Shown here in pieces: positions 28,615-37,876 of a stretch of 64,000 nucleotides of DNA (the first letter of the stretch is position 1; every line of letters starts with the position of its first letter). The position numbers and the translations under genes are program-made. The stretch lies in assembly GCA_965205975.1 (NCBI GenBank), contig OZ242195.1, positions 1,184,001 to 1,248,000 on the forward strand, in the 5' to 3' direction. This DNA comes from Candidatus Latescibacterota bacterium. Lineage in GTDB: Bacteria; Latescibacterota; UBA2968. The notes below the pieces were generated by a model. That model ran no database searches. It was not told the origin of the DNA and was given only the letters and a program-made list of their open reading frames with translations.

Positions 28615-29304
28615 TCAAAACAATGCGCCCTGTTCGGGCGGTTGCGCGGGTTTGAGACAGTCGGAGGTGTCATTTCTCGGGTTATTGACAAGGGTGGAAA
28701 CGGGGTGTGCGATCATCTCTTGGGAGGAATAGGAGACGAGGAGGTCCTGGAGGTCTGTTCGTTCTGCCGGGTCGAGCCAGCGGTCATACACATCAGCCGG
28801 GAGGATAACGGGCATGCGGTTGTGAATTGGCGCCATCAGGTCGTTGGGTTCGGTTGTGATAATCGTACAGGATTGAATGCTATGTCCCTCGGGTGATTGC
28901 CACGATTCCCAGAGGCCAGCAAAAGCAAAAGGGGCACCGGATTTGAGCGATATGTACATGGGGGTTTTGGTTCTGCCGTCGGGATTGCGTTGCCATTCGT
29001 AAAATCCCGTTGTGGGAATTAGACATCTCCGTCTTTTAAAGGCCGTGCGAAATGAGGGTTTTTCCGCAAGGGTTTCTCCCCGCGCATTGATGAGTCGGTT
29101 GCCAATTTTGTGATCTTTTGCCCACGACGGAATAAGTCCCCATTTGAAGGTGTCCGCACGCAGTTCGGCAGTGTTGGCAATCGCCGTGATATCCTGGCCC
29201 GGTGCGATATTGTATCGCAATGGCATCTCGTTGGGGAAAATAACCTGTGGGAATGCGAGTTGGTTTTCATCGCATTGAGCAGCATAAACAAATCGACCGC
29301 ACAT
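28615..29304 (-). CDS. SOS response-associated peptidase (SRAP/YedK/HMCES)
   Basis: MCGRF N-terminus, RYNIAP, NARGET, FYEW, IHNRMP. Confidence 0.95.
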   Translation of the reverse strand: MCGRFVYAAQCDENQLAFPQVIFPNEMPLRYNIAPGQDITAIANTAELRADTFKWGLIPSWAKDHKIGNRLINARGETLAEKPSFRTAFKRRRCLIPTTGFYEWQRNPDGRTKTPMYISLKSGAPFAFAGLWESWQSPEGHSIQSCTIITTEPNDLMAPIHNRMPVILPADVYDRWLDPAERTDLQDLLVSYSSQEMIAHPVSTLVNNPRNDTSDCLKPAQPPEQGALF

Positions 29305-29469
29305 GATATGATTCCTCGTTCATAGATTATCTTTTCAAATATGTATAGTCTCTTCTCGCCAAATGTCAAGGTCTTTCCCTTAATAATTTTTGCTTGCTCG
29401 TGGACGGGTGTCTCATTACATTGAGCCGCGTTTTATAGATTGATCTTACATTTTTGATTGGAGGATGTT

Positions 29470-30528
29470 ATGGCAACAGAGCTGGGTTTTGGCGTTGTTG
29501 GATTGGGTATGGGTACGAACCACTGTCGGTCTGTCACACGGGCTAATGGCGCGAAGTTGGTGGCCGTGTGTGATGTGGATGAGGAGCGTTTGGGACCGAC
29601 GGCTGAGGAATACGGATGCAAAGCTTATACGAGTTATGCAGAGATGCTTCAGGACGATGAGGTCCAGGTCGTCAACGTTTGCGTGGAGTCTGGTAAGCAC
29701 GCTGAGCTGGGTATTCAGGCTGCAGATGCGGGTAAGCATATGATCGTTGAGAAGCCCGCGGATATTACGCCTGAGCGCGTCGATCAATTAATTGGTGCGG
29801 TGAAAGATGCCGGTGTAAAAGTTGGGTGTATTTTTCAAGCGCGTCTGGAACCTCTAAATAGGCGGATTAAAGATGCGGTTGACAGCGGCAAGCTGGGCAA
29901 GTTGATCGGCGTTCACGGCCATTTGCCCTGGTATCGTGCGGATAGTTATTATCAGGGCGCGCACGGATCCTGGAAGGGAACATGGGATCTCGATGGGGGA
30001 GGCTCGCTGATGAATCAGGGCGTGCATACCGTCGATTTGATTCAGTGGCTCGCTGGCGGCGTCGAGTCTGTGATGGGCATGTTCGGCGTTTTTGGACACG
30101 ATATCGAGGCAGAAGATCAGACTGTGGCGTTGTTCAAGTTTAAGAATGGCGCGATTGGCACGGTTTATACGACGACCTGTTGCTATCCAGGGCTTCCGCA
30201 ATTGGTGACTATTTACGGAGAGAATGGGTCGATTATGAAAGATGCTTCAAAGTTGATTTCTTGGAAGATCCAGGGTGAGAATGAGGCATCGGAAGAAGCC
30301 GAGATGCTGGGGTTTTACGGCGACAGGGAAGACAAGCAGAAGAATATTTCAGCAGATCCGCTGGCCGTCAGTTCCGATGGGCACACATTGATCATCGAAG
30401 ACCTCGTCGGGGCGATCAATGAAGAGCGCGAACCTATGATTGGCCTAGAAAGCGCGCGCCATGCCGTGGAAATTATCACTGCGGTGTTTGAATCCGGGCG
30501 CACGGGACGGGAGGTTAAGGTGGGGTAG
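29470..30528 (+). CDS. Gfo/Idh/MocA family oxidoreductase
   Basis: GVVGLG, EKP, GGGSLMNQGVHTVD. Confidence 0.92.
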   Translation: MATELGFGVVGLGMGTNHCRSVTRANGAKLVAVCDVDEERLGPTAEEYGCKAYTSYAEMLQDDEVQVVNVCVESGKHAELGIQAADAGKHMIVEKPADITPERVDQLIGAVKDAGVKVGCIFQARLEPLNRRIKDAVDSGKLGKLIGVHGHLPWYRADSYYQGAHGSWKGTWDLDGGGSLMNQGVHTVDLIQWLAGGVESVMGMFGVFGHDIEAEDQTVALFKFKNGAIGTVYTTTCCYPGLPQLVTIYGENGSIMKDASKLISWKIQGENEASEEAEMLGFYGDREDKQKNISADPLAVSSDGHTLIIEDLVGAINEEREPMIGLESARHAVEIITAVFESGRTGREVKVG

Positions 30529-30543
30529 AGGGAAGTATGAAAT

Positions 30544-30575
30544 AAAAAAAGCCAGATATTTTGTCTGGCTTTTTT
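30544..30575. terminator. Bidirectional intrinsic terminator
   Basis: A7-GCCAGATA-TTT-TGTCTGGC-T6 between convergent genes. Confidence 0.85.
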
Positions 30576-30579
30576 ATTT

Positions 30580-30939
30580 TCACGGATTGTAGCCGGGGAA
30601 TGCCTCTGCCATCGCTCCTTTGTCCGTGCCTGCGAATAGCCGATCGCCGGTGTGTATTAGTGGTCGGCGTATTAGTCGAGGTTGTTCAATCATGAGGCGA
30701 ACCAGTTCGTCTGGTGACACATCCTCTCGGTCGAGATTTAATGGTCTCGCCGAAGGACTCCGCCAAGAAAATATGTCGGTTGGGGGCGTGTCGCCGAGCA
30801 ATTCCCGGAGTTCTTCTTCGGTGAATTCATCTTTGAAGAAATCCCTTTCCTCCACATTCACGCCTTCTCGTGAAAGCCACGCTTTCACCTTGCGACATGT
30901 ACTTCATCTGTTCCAGGTGTAAAAGTTGATTTTAGACAT
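30580..30939 (-). CDS. ArsC/Spx-family selenoprotein (UxxC; UGA codon 12 read as Sec)
   Basis: AGGAG RBS, then ATG 30939: MSKINFYTWNR-TGA-STCRKVKAWL...LIRRP. The TGA (30904-30906) sits at the first Cys position of the family CxxC motif. Confidence 0.88.
30870..30888 (-). promoter_or_regulatory. Bacterial SECIS-like hairpin
   Basis: GUGAAAGC-GUG-GCUUUCAC, a perfect 8-bp stem with a G-containing loop, starting 15 nt after the UGA. Confidence 0.8.
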
Positions 30940-30964
30940 GGATATCTCCTGTATGTTCCATTAT

Positions 30965-33652
30965 TTACATAGAAACGCCCAGTAGCCCTCGGGTAAATTG
31001 AAAGTCTGTGTTACCTGTTAGAGGTGTTTTGGGTGTGTATTGACGAGATGCGACGGCGATGATCTGGCGCAAGAGGGCGTCGGCGTTGTGTTTGGGTTCG
31101 GTGTTGAAGATGAGATCAAAGTCATCGCCGTAGGAATTGGCGACGCGTTCTTCGGCAGTTGTTTGAAGCATGGGGGTCAGGGGATGCCCCTGTAAGGGAT
31201 GATCGCCCGAGTAGGCGATGATGAGGTGGACGCCTGTTCCGCCCAATCCCGTGAGGGTTTCGACCCAGTGGTCGGTCTGGCTATCCATGATGTGATAGCC
31301 AGATTGAGCGGGATTTTGCCCATGTGCAAGGGTGGGTGCAGGTGGCGTGCTACCCAGAACTTCGGATAGATAGATGGGATGAGACAGAAAACTCGCATTG
31401 TCGGGTACGATGAGTGTGGCACCCGTGCTGATCAAGGTTTGGGTTAGGATAGCGAGTGATTGCGCGGCTATATCGGAAATGGAGCCAGAAGCGTGAAGAC
31501 CGATGCGGAGTGCGGACAGGCTGGCGGGAGTGATTTCAGCAGGAGGCGTCTGCGTGAACTGGTCGAGAAAATAGGCTTCGACCTTGTCGAGAACGGCCTC
31601 GATACCGCCGTCGAGTTGCACACTTGCCCATCCAAATGCATCGGGGCTGATCCCTCTGTCGTCTAGTTCATGCCGAATATAGTCGTTGTGGGTCTTTTCA
31701 CAGCCGTGTTCCAATAACAGGCAGGTGTGTACGAGAGGGTGAGTGAGGTAGCCGAGCATAGTGCGCGTGTAGAGGCGTTCGGTGGCTTCTCCCGATACGC
31801 CGCATCCTTCGGTGTGCGCGAGGGCGACAAAGCGCGAGATGCCCTTATCGAGTCCCAGACCCTTTTCTGTGAGGCGTTTAGCCGCCATTAGCGCGATTTG
31901 CCCCGAACACAGGCTGGTGGGTAGAATCAGGCCCAGGCGGTCGGTTGTGAATCCGTCCTGGGTGCGAATGGCTTCGAAACTGTGTTCATCAGCGTCCGAT
32001 GTCCGAATCGCGAGCGGCACGCCCTGGGGTTCTGGCCGGTTCTTGAGATCGGACAGGTGATCTGTTGAGGTCTGTCGCCAGGTGCGCCATATCGAGACTT
32101 GCGCGTGTGCGGCCTTTTCGCCTTTGCTGCGTTCTCCCGAGGCGATTTTGCAGGTCAGGTCAAACATATCGCTGCCGAGGTCGTCCATGGAGGTGCCATC
32201 CAGATATGCGCCCGCATTGACATCCATATCTTTGCTGAGCAACTGATAGCGTTCGGATGTGGTCACAATTTTGATGGTGGGTACAAAGGGGAAGTTTGTG
32301 ATTGAGCCATTGCCCGTGATAAAGAAGATCATATTGCATCCGGAAGCCACCTGTCCGGCAATGCTTTCGAGATCATTGCCGGGGCTGTCCATAAAATAGT
32401 ACCCCGGATCGGTCATTGGTGCCGCGTAATCAATGACCGAATCGAGACGGACATCCGGGTGGCGTTTCATGGCCGCGCCAATTGATTTGAGTACGATATT
32501 GTAGAGGCCGCGAAATTTGTTGCCACCAGAAGGATTGCCTTCTGCTGTTGTGCCGTGCCATGCCGCGAGGGTTTTATAGGCTTCTACTTTGTCGAGAAAG
32601 CACTGGGCAACATCGTAAGACGATACATTTTGGAGGACATAGGACTCTGCGCCGATGAGTTCGTCGGTTTCTGCGAGGTTGGCCGAGCCGCCGTGGCGAA
32701 TGATTTCTCTCGCTACCCACGAGGCCAAGGGATTGCCAGAGATGCCCGAGAAAGCATCTGACCCGCCGCATTGCAGTGCGATTTTGATGTGCGATAGGGG
32801 TTCGGGTGTGCGGACCATTGCCTGGACTTGTGGCAGCCATTTGGCAATGATGTTTTCGCCCTGTTGCAACGCGTTTTCAAAGCTGCCCACAAGCGTGAGA
32901 AAGTGGTGCAGAACATGGTCGATGGGATAGTTGTTTTTCGCGAGATATTCCCGGAGGTGCTGGTTGGTGATGGCTTCGTGACCGTAGTCAATCGCGAGTA
33001 CTGCACCGACGTTTGGATGTACTGCAAATCCTGCGAGTGTACGCAATAAGAGGTCTTTGTTATTGGGGATTTCAGTGCCGCCGCCTTCGGTGTGGGCAAC
33101 TGCAACAATGCCATCAATATTGTGATAATCTCGTACGCGATCTTTTAATCTCGCTTCGAGCTGTTTGGCATAACTTGCTGTGCGAGAGGATGTTCCCAAT
33201 ATGACAATATTATTTCTCGTGCCTACGCCTCGACTTCCCGATCTTCTGTATCCATGAAAATTACCGTAATGATCATAGCGTTTGACTTGCTTGCCTGCCT
33301 CAAAAGTGGTGATCTGGTATGGAACAATGCGATCTTCAAAGTTGGGCACGTCTGGAAGCTCAAAGTCGAGATCGCGGAGTTTGAGAGCACCGAGGATCTC
33401 CGGATTACAGGCGTAATCTCCGGGAGAAATATGGCGCGTTGCAATGCCAAAGGGCAAGCCCCATGAGAGGAGAGGGGCATTAGGGGCGATGTGTTGGATG
33501 GCAAAGCGATGGCCTTCGAGGATGGTGTGCTGAAGTTCGAAGGTGCGATCTGAATGGATAATCTGCGTGCCTCTGTCCAGTTTTCGTGTCGCAATGCCGA
33601 CATTGTCTCCTGGAAGAGGGAGACGACCGATTTCAGAAAAATTATATTTCAT
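30965..33652 (-). CDS. UxaA/GarD-family sugar-acid dehydratase with SAF domain and a duplicated, degenerate second catalytic module
   Basis: GHRFA, VGTRN, HTEGGG, QCGGSD, NPSGGN, TGNG in the first half; HTEGCG...HPLV...HGCEK in the second half. Confidence 0.85.
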   Translation of the reverse strand: MKYNFSEIGRLPLPGDNVGIATRKLDRGTQIIHSDRTFELQHTILEGHRFAIQHIAPNAPLLSWGLPFGIATRHISPGDYACNPEILGALKLRDLDFELPDVPNFEDRIVPYQITTFEAGKQVKRYDHYGNFHGYRRSGSRGVGTRNNIVILGTSSRTASYAKQLEARLKDRVRDYHNIDGIVAVAHTEGGGTEIPNNKDLLLRTLAGFAVHPNVGAVLAIDYGHEAITNQHLREYLAKNNYPIDHVLHHFLTLVGSFENALQQGENIIAKWLPQVQAMVRTPEPLSHIKIALQCGGSDAFSGISGNPLASWVAREIIRHGGSANLAETDELIGAESYVLQNVSSYDVAQCFLDKVEAYKTLAAWHGTTAEGNPSGGNKFRGLYNIVLKSIGAAMKRHPDVRLDSVIDYAAPMTDPGYYFMDSPGNDLESIAGQVASGCNMIFFITGNGSITNFPFVPTIKIVTTSERYQLLSKDMDVNAGAYLDGTSMDDLGSDMFDLTCKIASGERSKGEKAAHAQVSIWRTWRQTSTDHLSDLKNRPEPQGVPLAIRTSDADEHSFEAIRTQDGFTTDRLGLILPTSLCSGQIALMAAKRLTEKGLGLDKGISRFVALAHTEGCGVSGEATERLYTRTMLGYLTHPLVHTCLLLEHGCEKTHNDYIRHELDDRGISPDAFGWASVQLDGGIEAVLDKVEAYFLDQFTQTPPAEITPASLSALRIGLHASGSISDIAAQSLAILTQTLISTGATLIVPDNASFLSHPIYLSEVLGSTPPAPTLAHGQNPAQSGYHIMDSQTDHWVETLTGLGGTGVHLIIAYSGDHPLQGHPLTPMLQTTAEERVANSYGDDFDLIFNTEPKHNADALLRQIIAVASRQYTPKTPLTGNTDFQFTRGLLGVSM

Positions 33653-33731
33653 AGATTGCGTTCCTTTGAAAAGTTTATTCACAGTTATACGGAAAATAAA
33701 AAATGATGTCAAGTTTCATATAAAAAAGCCC

Positions 33732-33788
33732 TTGACAGATTATATACATTTGGTTTATGTTTTTATCAGTTGTTTTATTAGCAAAACA
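33732..33788 (+). promoter_or_regulatory. Sigma70-type promoter (TTGACA, TATGTT-like -10) with downstream palindrome TGTTTT-N6-AAAACA (33771-33788), candidate metal-repressor operator
   Basis: Read directly upstream of the dtxR-feoAB operon. Confidence 0.55.
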
Positions 33789-33831
33789 TCGGTTAAGCGG
33801 ATAAACGCACTGTTCAAGGGGGGGTGGTCAT

Positions 33832-34356
33832 ATGATGGTATCGGATGTATGGAAAGAATACGAGAGCAACGAGATCTCTCACAGTGTTGCCCATCATCTA
33901 ACTGCCATTCACGAGTTGATGGGCGATCTGGGCTATGCGCGGGTTTCGGATGTGGCACGTGCGTTGGAGATCACCCGGGGCAGTGCATCGCTGACGCTCA
34001 AAGCTCTCAAAGCGCGCGGGCTGGTCGTGGAAGATCACAATAAGTTTTTGAAATTATCCGAAGATGGCCGCCGCATTGTCGATTCTATTTTAGCCAAACG
34101 CGCCGTTGTTCGCAAATTTCTCAACGAGGTGCTCAAGCTCGACGAGCATCAAGCCGAAGTGGATGCGTGCAAGGTTGAGCATCTTTTGAGCGCGCAAACT
34201 GGTGGGCAATTGCTGCATTTTGTGCGTTTCTTGCTCTCCGATGATCCCACTGCGCGACAATTTCTCTCTGAGTTCTGGTCCAGGCTGGATCAAAATGAGG
34301 ATTGGCAGTGGCCCGTTCAGGATGTTGATCAATTATTCAATTTGGAGTCTCGATAA
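33832..34356 (+). CDS. DtxR/MntR-family metal-dependent repressor (no FeoA domain)
   Basis: ARVSDVARALEITRGSAS HTH; DACKVEHLLS. Confidence 0.88.
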   Translation: MMVSDVWKEYESNEISHSVAHHLTAIHELMGDLGYARVSDVARALEITRGSASLTLKALKARGLVVEDHNKFLKLSEDGRRIVDSILAKRAVVRKFLNEVLKLDEHQAEVDACKVEHLLSAQTGGQLLHFVRFLLSDDPTARQFLSEFWSRLDQNEDWQWPVQDVDQLFNLESR

Positions 34357-34598
34357 TGGCTTATGCAACGGATGCTGCAACCCCACTTTCAATATGGAGC
34401 CGGGGTGATGAAGGTACTATTGAAGGCATTTCAGGAGCCAATCAACTGGTGAATCGGCTGCGTGAGGTGGGTGCTATGCCAGGTGTCCCGGTGCGCGTGT
34501 TGCGAGTTGGGCGCACTGTGGTTATTCAGGTGGGTAGCAGCAGATTTTGCTTGCGAAAAACCGATGCTGCATGCATCAAAGGAATGAAAGCGGCCTGA
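34356..34598 (+). CDS. feoA: Ferrous iron transport protein A
   Basis: RLREVGAMPG..VRVLR..FCLRKTDA; adjacent to feoB. Confidence 0.85.
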   Translation: MAYATDAATPLSIWSRGDEGTIEGISGANQLVNRLREVGAMPGVPVRVLRVGRTVVIQVGSSRFCLRKTDAACIKGMKAA

Positions 34599-34604
34599 TT
34601 TATT

Positions 34605-36785
34605 ATGGCAATGAATATAGCGAATCGAGAGCGACCTTATGTGGGTCGTGCCACGGTCGCTGTGGTTGGCAATCCCAATACGGGTAAGACAACGCTTTTT
34701 AATGCTCTGACAGGGCTTTCGCAGCGCGTGGGAAATTTTCCTGGCGTTACGGTTGAGCGCAAGGTCGGACAATTGACATTGCCCAACACGGGTGCGGTTG
34801 ACCTGCTGGATTTGCCCGGTACATACAGCCTTTCAGCCAAGTCTCCGGATGAACTTATTGCCGTTGAAGCACTGATGGGGTTGTTGGAGAGCGAGAGCGC
34901 CATTCAAGCTGTGCTCGTGGTTCTCGACGCCAGCAATTTGAGGCGCAGTTTATACGTCGTATCTCAACTTCTCGAAATTGATTTGCCCCTGGTTGTGGCC
35001 CTCAATATGTTAGATGTGGCCAAGGCCAGGGGCATTGTTATTGATGCACCAGCTCTGAGCGAGCATTTGGGCGTCCCCGTTATTCCCATACAGGCCAATA
35101 AACGCGTGGGGCTTGATGAGTTGAAAGAAGCCCTTTCCCAGATTGTTGAAAAGGGCGAAGTCCCATCGCGCAGTCCGATATTGCCGCAATCCTGGTGGGT
35201 AGAAGCCGAGCAGTTGGCGCGAAAATACGAAGGCGTATCTACGGGTCTGGCGTTGCGTGTGTTGATTGACAATCAGAACGCCTTTGCATCCCATGTCGTG
35301 GAACGCTTTGGCGATGACTTTGCCACCGATCTTCACGCGTTGCGAACACAGGTCAAGGCGGATGATGCGCTGGCGAATCGAGAGATCGAATTGCGATATA
35401 GATGGATCGATGAGGTTCTCGATGATGTGTTGCGCGATCCCGAACCGCTTCGCGTGACTCGTTCTGATCGACTGGATCGAATTTTGACCCATCCGCTGTG
35501 GGGGAGCCTGAGTTTTGCTGTAATTATGGCCTTTATTTTTCAATCGATTTTTTCGTGGGCAGTGCCATTAATGGATGGTATTGACGCGTTGTTTGGGACG
35601 ATAGGAGGAAGGGCTACTGGCTCTCTTCCCGAGGGTGCGCTGCAAAGTATGGTGGTGGATGGGGTGATTGCCGGGGTGGGGGGCGTGGTCATCTTTTTGC
35701 CCCAAATCTGCATCCTGTTCCTCTTTATTGCCATACTGGAAGATTGTGGTTACATGGCCCGCGCGGCGTTGTTGATGGATCGCCTGTTAACGCCTTGTGG
35801 TTTGTCGGGAAAGTCCTTTATTCCTCTTTTGTCGAGTTTTGCCTGTGCGATTCCGGGAGTGATGGCTACACGGACGATCAATGACCCCAAAGACCGCATT
35901 GCCACGATGCTGGTTGCGCCGTTGATGAGTTGCTCAGCGCGTTTGCCGGTGTACGCGATTTTTATTGGGGCTTTTATTCCCGATCGAGATGTTTGGGGAG
36001 GCATTGGACTGCAGGGGCTTACGCTTTTCGCGCTGTATTGCACGGGGATTTTTGTGGCTATTCCCATTGCGTGGATTTTAAAAAAGACGCTGTTGAGAGG
36101 GCAGCCCACGCCTTTTTTGCTCGAGTTGCCGTCTTACAAAATACCAGATGTGGGTACTGTTGGGATGCGTATTTATCAAAGTGGTCGGCATTTTCTCGAA
36201 AGAGCCGGCACATTGATTCTCGCCGCGACGATTGTGATGTGGGCATTGGCGTATTTTCCGCGGTCCGAAACGATTGCCGCGCATTACGAGGCTGAGCGCG
36301 AGCGATTGATTGGGGCACCAGAAGATGTTTTGAATGATTTGAGCGCGAAAGAAGCTGGCGAGATGCTCCAGCAGAGTTTTCTCGGGCGGATGGGGCATGC
36401 TATTGAACCCGTCGTAGAGCCATTGGGATGGGATTGGCGGATTGGGATGGCGGCACTGGCATCTTTCCCCGCGCGGGAAGTAATTGTTGCCGTTCTGGGC
36501 ACGATTTACAGTCTGGGAGAGGTGGATGAAGAATCGACGTCGCTTAGAGACGCGCTTCGGTCTGCGACCTGGTCCGATGGGCAGAAGGTATTTAATATCC
36601 CGGTTGCACTGTCTATTATGGTGTTTTTTGCACTGTGCGCGCAGTGCGTTTCCACGCTTGCGGTTATTCAACGCGAAACAGGCGCCTGGCGGTGGCCCGT
36701 GCTGACTTTTGTTTATATGACGGTGCTCGCCTATATCGGCGCATTTGTGACTTATCGTCTCGGTATGGCGCTTGGATGGGGGTAA
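34605..36785 (+). CDS. feoB: Ferrous iron transporter B
   Basis: GNPNTGKT, NFPGVTV, DLPG, LNMLD, gate motifs EDCGYMAR, FACAIP, CSARLP. Confidence 0.97.
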   Translation: MAMNIANRERPYVGRATVAVVGNPNTGKTTLFNALTGLSQRVGNFPGVTVERKVGQLTLPNTGAVDLLDLPGTYSLSAKSPDELIAVEALMGLLESESAIQAVLVVLDASNLRRSLYVVSQLLEIDLPLVVALNMLDVAKARGIVIDAPALSEHLGVPVIPIQANKRVGLDELKEALSQIVEKGEVPSRSPILPQSWWVEAEQLARKYEGVSTGLALRVLIDNQNAFASHVVERFGDDFATDLHALRTQVKADDALANREIELRYRWIDEVLDDVLRDPEPLRVTRSDRLDRILTHPLWGSLSFAVIMAFIFQSIFSWAVPLMDGIDALFGTIGGRATGSLPEGALQSMVVDGVIAGVGGVVIFLPQICILFLFIAILEDCGYMARAALLMDRLLTPCGLSGKSFIPLLSSFACAIPGVMATRTINDPKDRIATMLVAPLMSCSARLPVYAIFIGAFIPDRDVWGGIGLQGLTLFALYCTGIFVAIPIAWILKKTLLRGQPTPFLLELPSYKIPDVGTVGMRIYQSGRHFLERAGTLILAATIVMWALAYFPRSETIAAHYEAERERLIGAPEDVLNDLSAKEAGEMLQQSFLGRMGHAIEPVVEPLGWDWRIGMAALASFPAREVIVAVLGTIYSLGEVDEESTSLRDALRSATWSDGQKVFNIPVALSIMVFFALCAQCVSTLAVIQRETGAWRWPVLTFVYMTVLAYIGAFVTYRLGMALGWG

Positions 36786-36789
36786 TGAT

Positions 36790-36951
36790 ATGACCGACTG
36801 GCAAAATTGGATCGCGGTTGCAGTGGCACTCTGGTGTGCCTATCGCGTCATTGGCGAGATTGTAAGGCCGTTTTTGGCTTCGTCGTGTACGGGTTGCGGT
36901 GGTGCGTGTGAGGGAGAAGAGACGCGCGAGGATTTGATAGAGATTGAGTGA
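36790..36951 (+). CDS. FeoB-associated Cys-rich small membrane protein (53 aa)
   Basis: Below the ORF-track cutoff: MTDWQNWIAVAVALWCAYRVIGEIVRPFLASSCTGCGGACEGEETREDLIEIE. Confidence 0.75.
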   Translation: MTDWQNWIAVAVALWCAYRVIGEIVRPFLASSCTGCGGACEGEETREDLIEIE

Positions 36952-36991
36952 GTCCCGTTGGGATATTAAATGGGAATATTTTAGGTGTATC

Positions 36992-37020
36992 AAAAAACAC
37001 GTCCTTTGGGCGTGTTTTTT
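36992..37020. terminator. Bidirectional intrinsic terminator
   Basis: A6-CACGTCC-TTT-GGGCGTG-T6. Confidence 0.8.
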
Positions 37021-37315
37021 ATGTTTCGGACAGTTCTGAAACGGTTTGTAGCTGTTTCGCCATTGCTGCCTCAGTCGTTTGCAGGTCGTAGGTCATTTGC
37101 AAATTAAGCCAGTATTGGGGCGATTGACTGAGTACTCGACCAAATAAAAGGGCCAATTCAGTAGTCACGGGACGAGAGCCGTTTACGACATGCGATACGC
37201 GCATCGGCGAAATGCCAATGGTGCGTGCCAATTGTGCCTGAGAGATGCTTAACTCGTCCAGTATTTCACACAAAAACTGTCCGGGATGAATAGGAGGTAA
37301 ACCATTCTCAATCAT
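37019..37315 (-). CDS. higA: HigA-family antitoxin (orphan)
   Basis: MIENGLPPIHPGQFL...QAQLA...ALLFGR...PQYWLNLQ. Confidence 0.9.
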   Translation of the reverse strand: MIENGLPPIHPGQFLCEILDELSISQAQLARTIGISPMRVSHVVNGSRPVTTELALLFGRVLSQSPQYWLNLQMTYDLQTTEAAMAKQLQTVSELSET

Positions 37316-37331
37316 AGATATCTTTCCAGAG

Positions 37332-37349
37332 TTAATGATAATCAACGGT
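37332..37349 (-). pseudogene. higB: Remnant 3' tip of a higB toxin gene (TVDYH*)
   Basis: ACC GTT GAT TAT CAT TAA directly upstream of higA; HigB toxins typically end in (I)VDYH. Confidence 0.55.
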
Positions 37350-37876
37350 ATGGTTCCATCCAGATCCATATCAGCATTAAAACCATCGTCGCCTTCCGCT
37401 AGACCAAACACGGCTAAAAAAAGTGTATAATCTGACGTATCGACTACACCATCATCATTAAAGTCGCCTATCAGACTGACAGCCATTGAGAAACTTTCAG
37501 TTGCAGTTGCACTTGCATTATCCGTTACAGTCACCGTCAGTGTGAAAGTCCCTCTCTGTGTGGGTGTGCCAGTGATCTGTCCACTGCTCGAGTTGATAAA
37601 AAGACCAGAACCGGCAGGGTTGCTGGACAGGGAATAGGCATAAGATGTTTGTCCGCCTGATGCTGAGACCTGAATAGGAGTAATAGCAGTGTTTTGTGTG
37701 ACGGTTATATTGCCGATTGCCGAGACGGTTACGGACGGTCTCACGCGCATGGTGAAAGAACGACTGACCTGTGTGGGCACATCACAGCTACCAGCACCAT
37801 CTCGCACAGCCACTGTGATCGTGAAATCTCTACTCACTGTGGGTGTGCCATTGATGCGGCCATTCGAATCGATAGA
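37350..37876 (-). pseudogene. Truncated paralog fragment (putative Ig repeats plus half a dockerin/EF-hand) of the 39073..43509 gene
   Basis: Nucleotide-level match to ~39125-39955 with one Ig repeat fewer; no start or signal peptide. Confidence 0.85.

Noticed and set aside
28615..29370. SRAP gene as a marker of a prophage or mutagenesis cassette
   Set aside because: No phage, imuABC or umuDC genes are adjacent, and no LexA box could be identified with confidence.
37019..37837. 272-aa Ig-HigA fusion as a genuine protein
   Set aside because: It has no signal peptide or convincing start, and its pieces match a truncated paralog and a normal higA. A deletion product explains it better.
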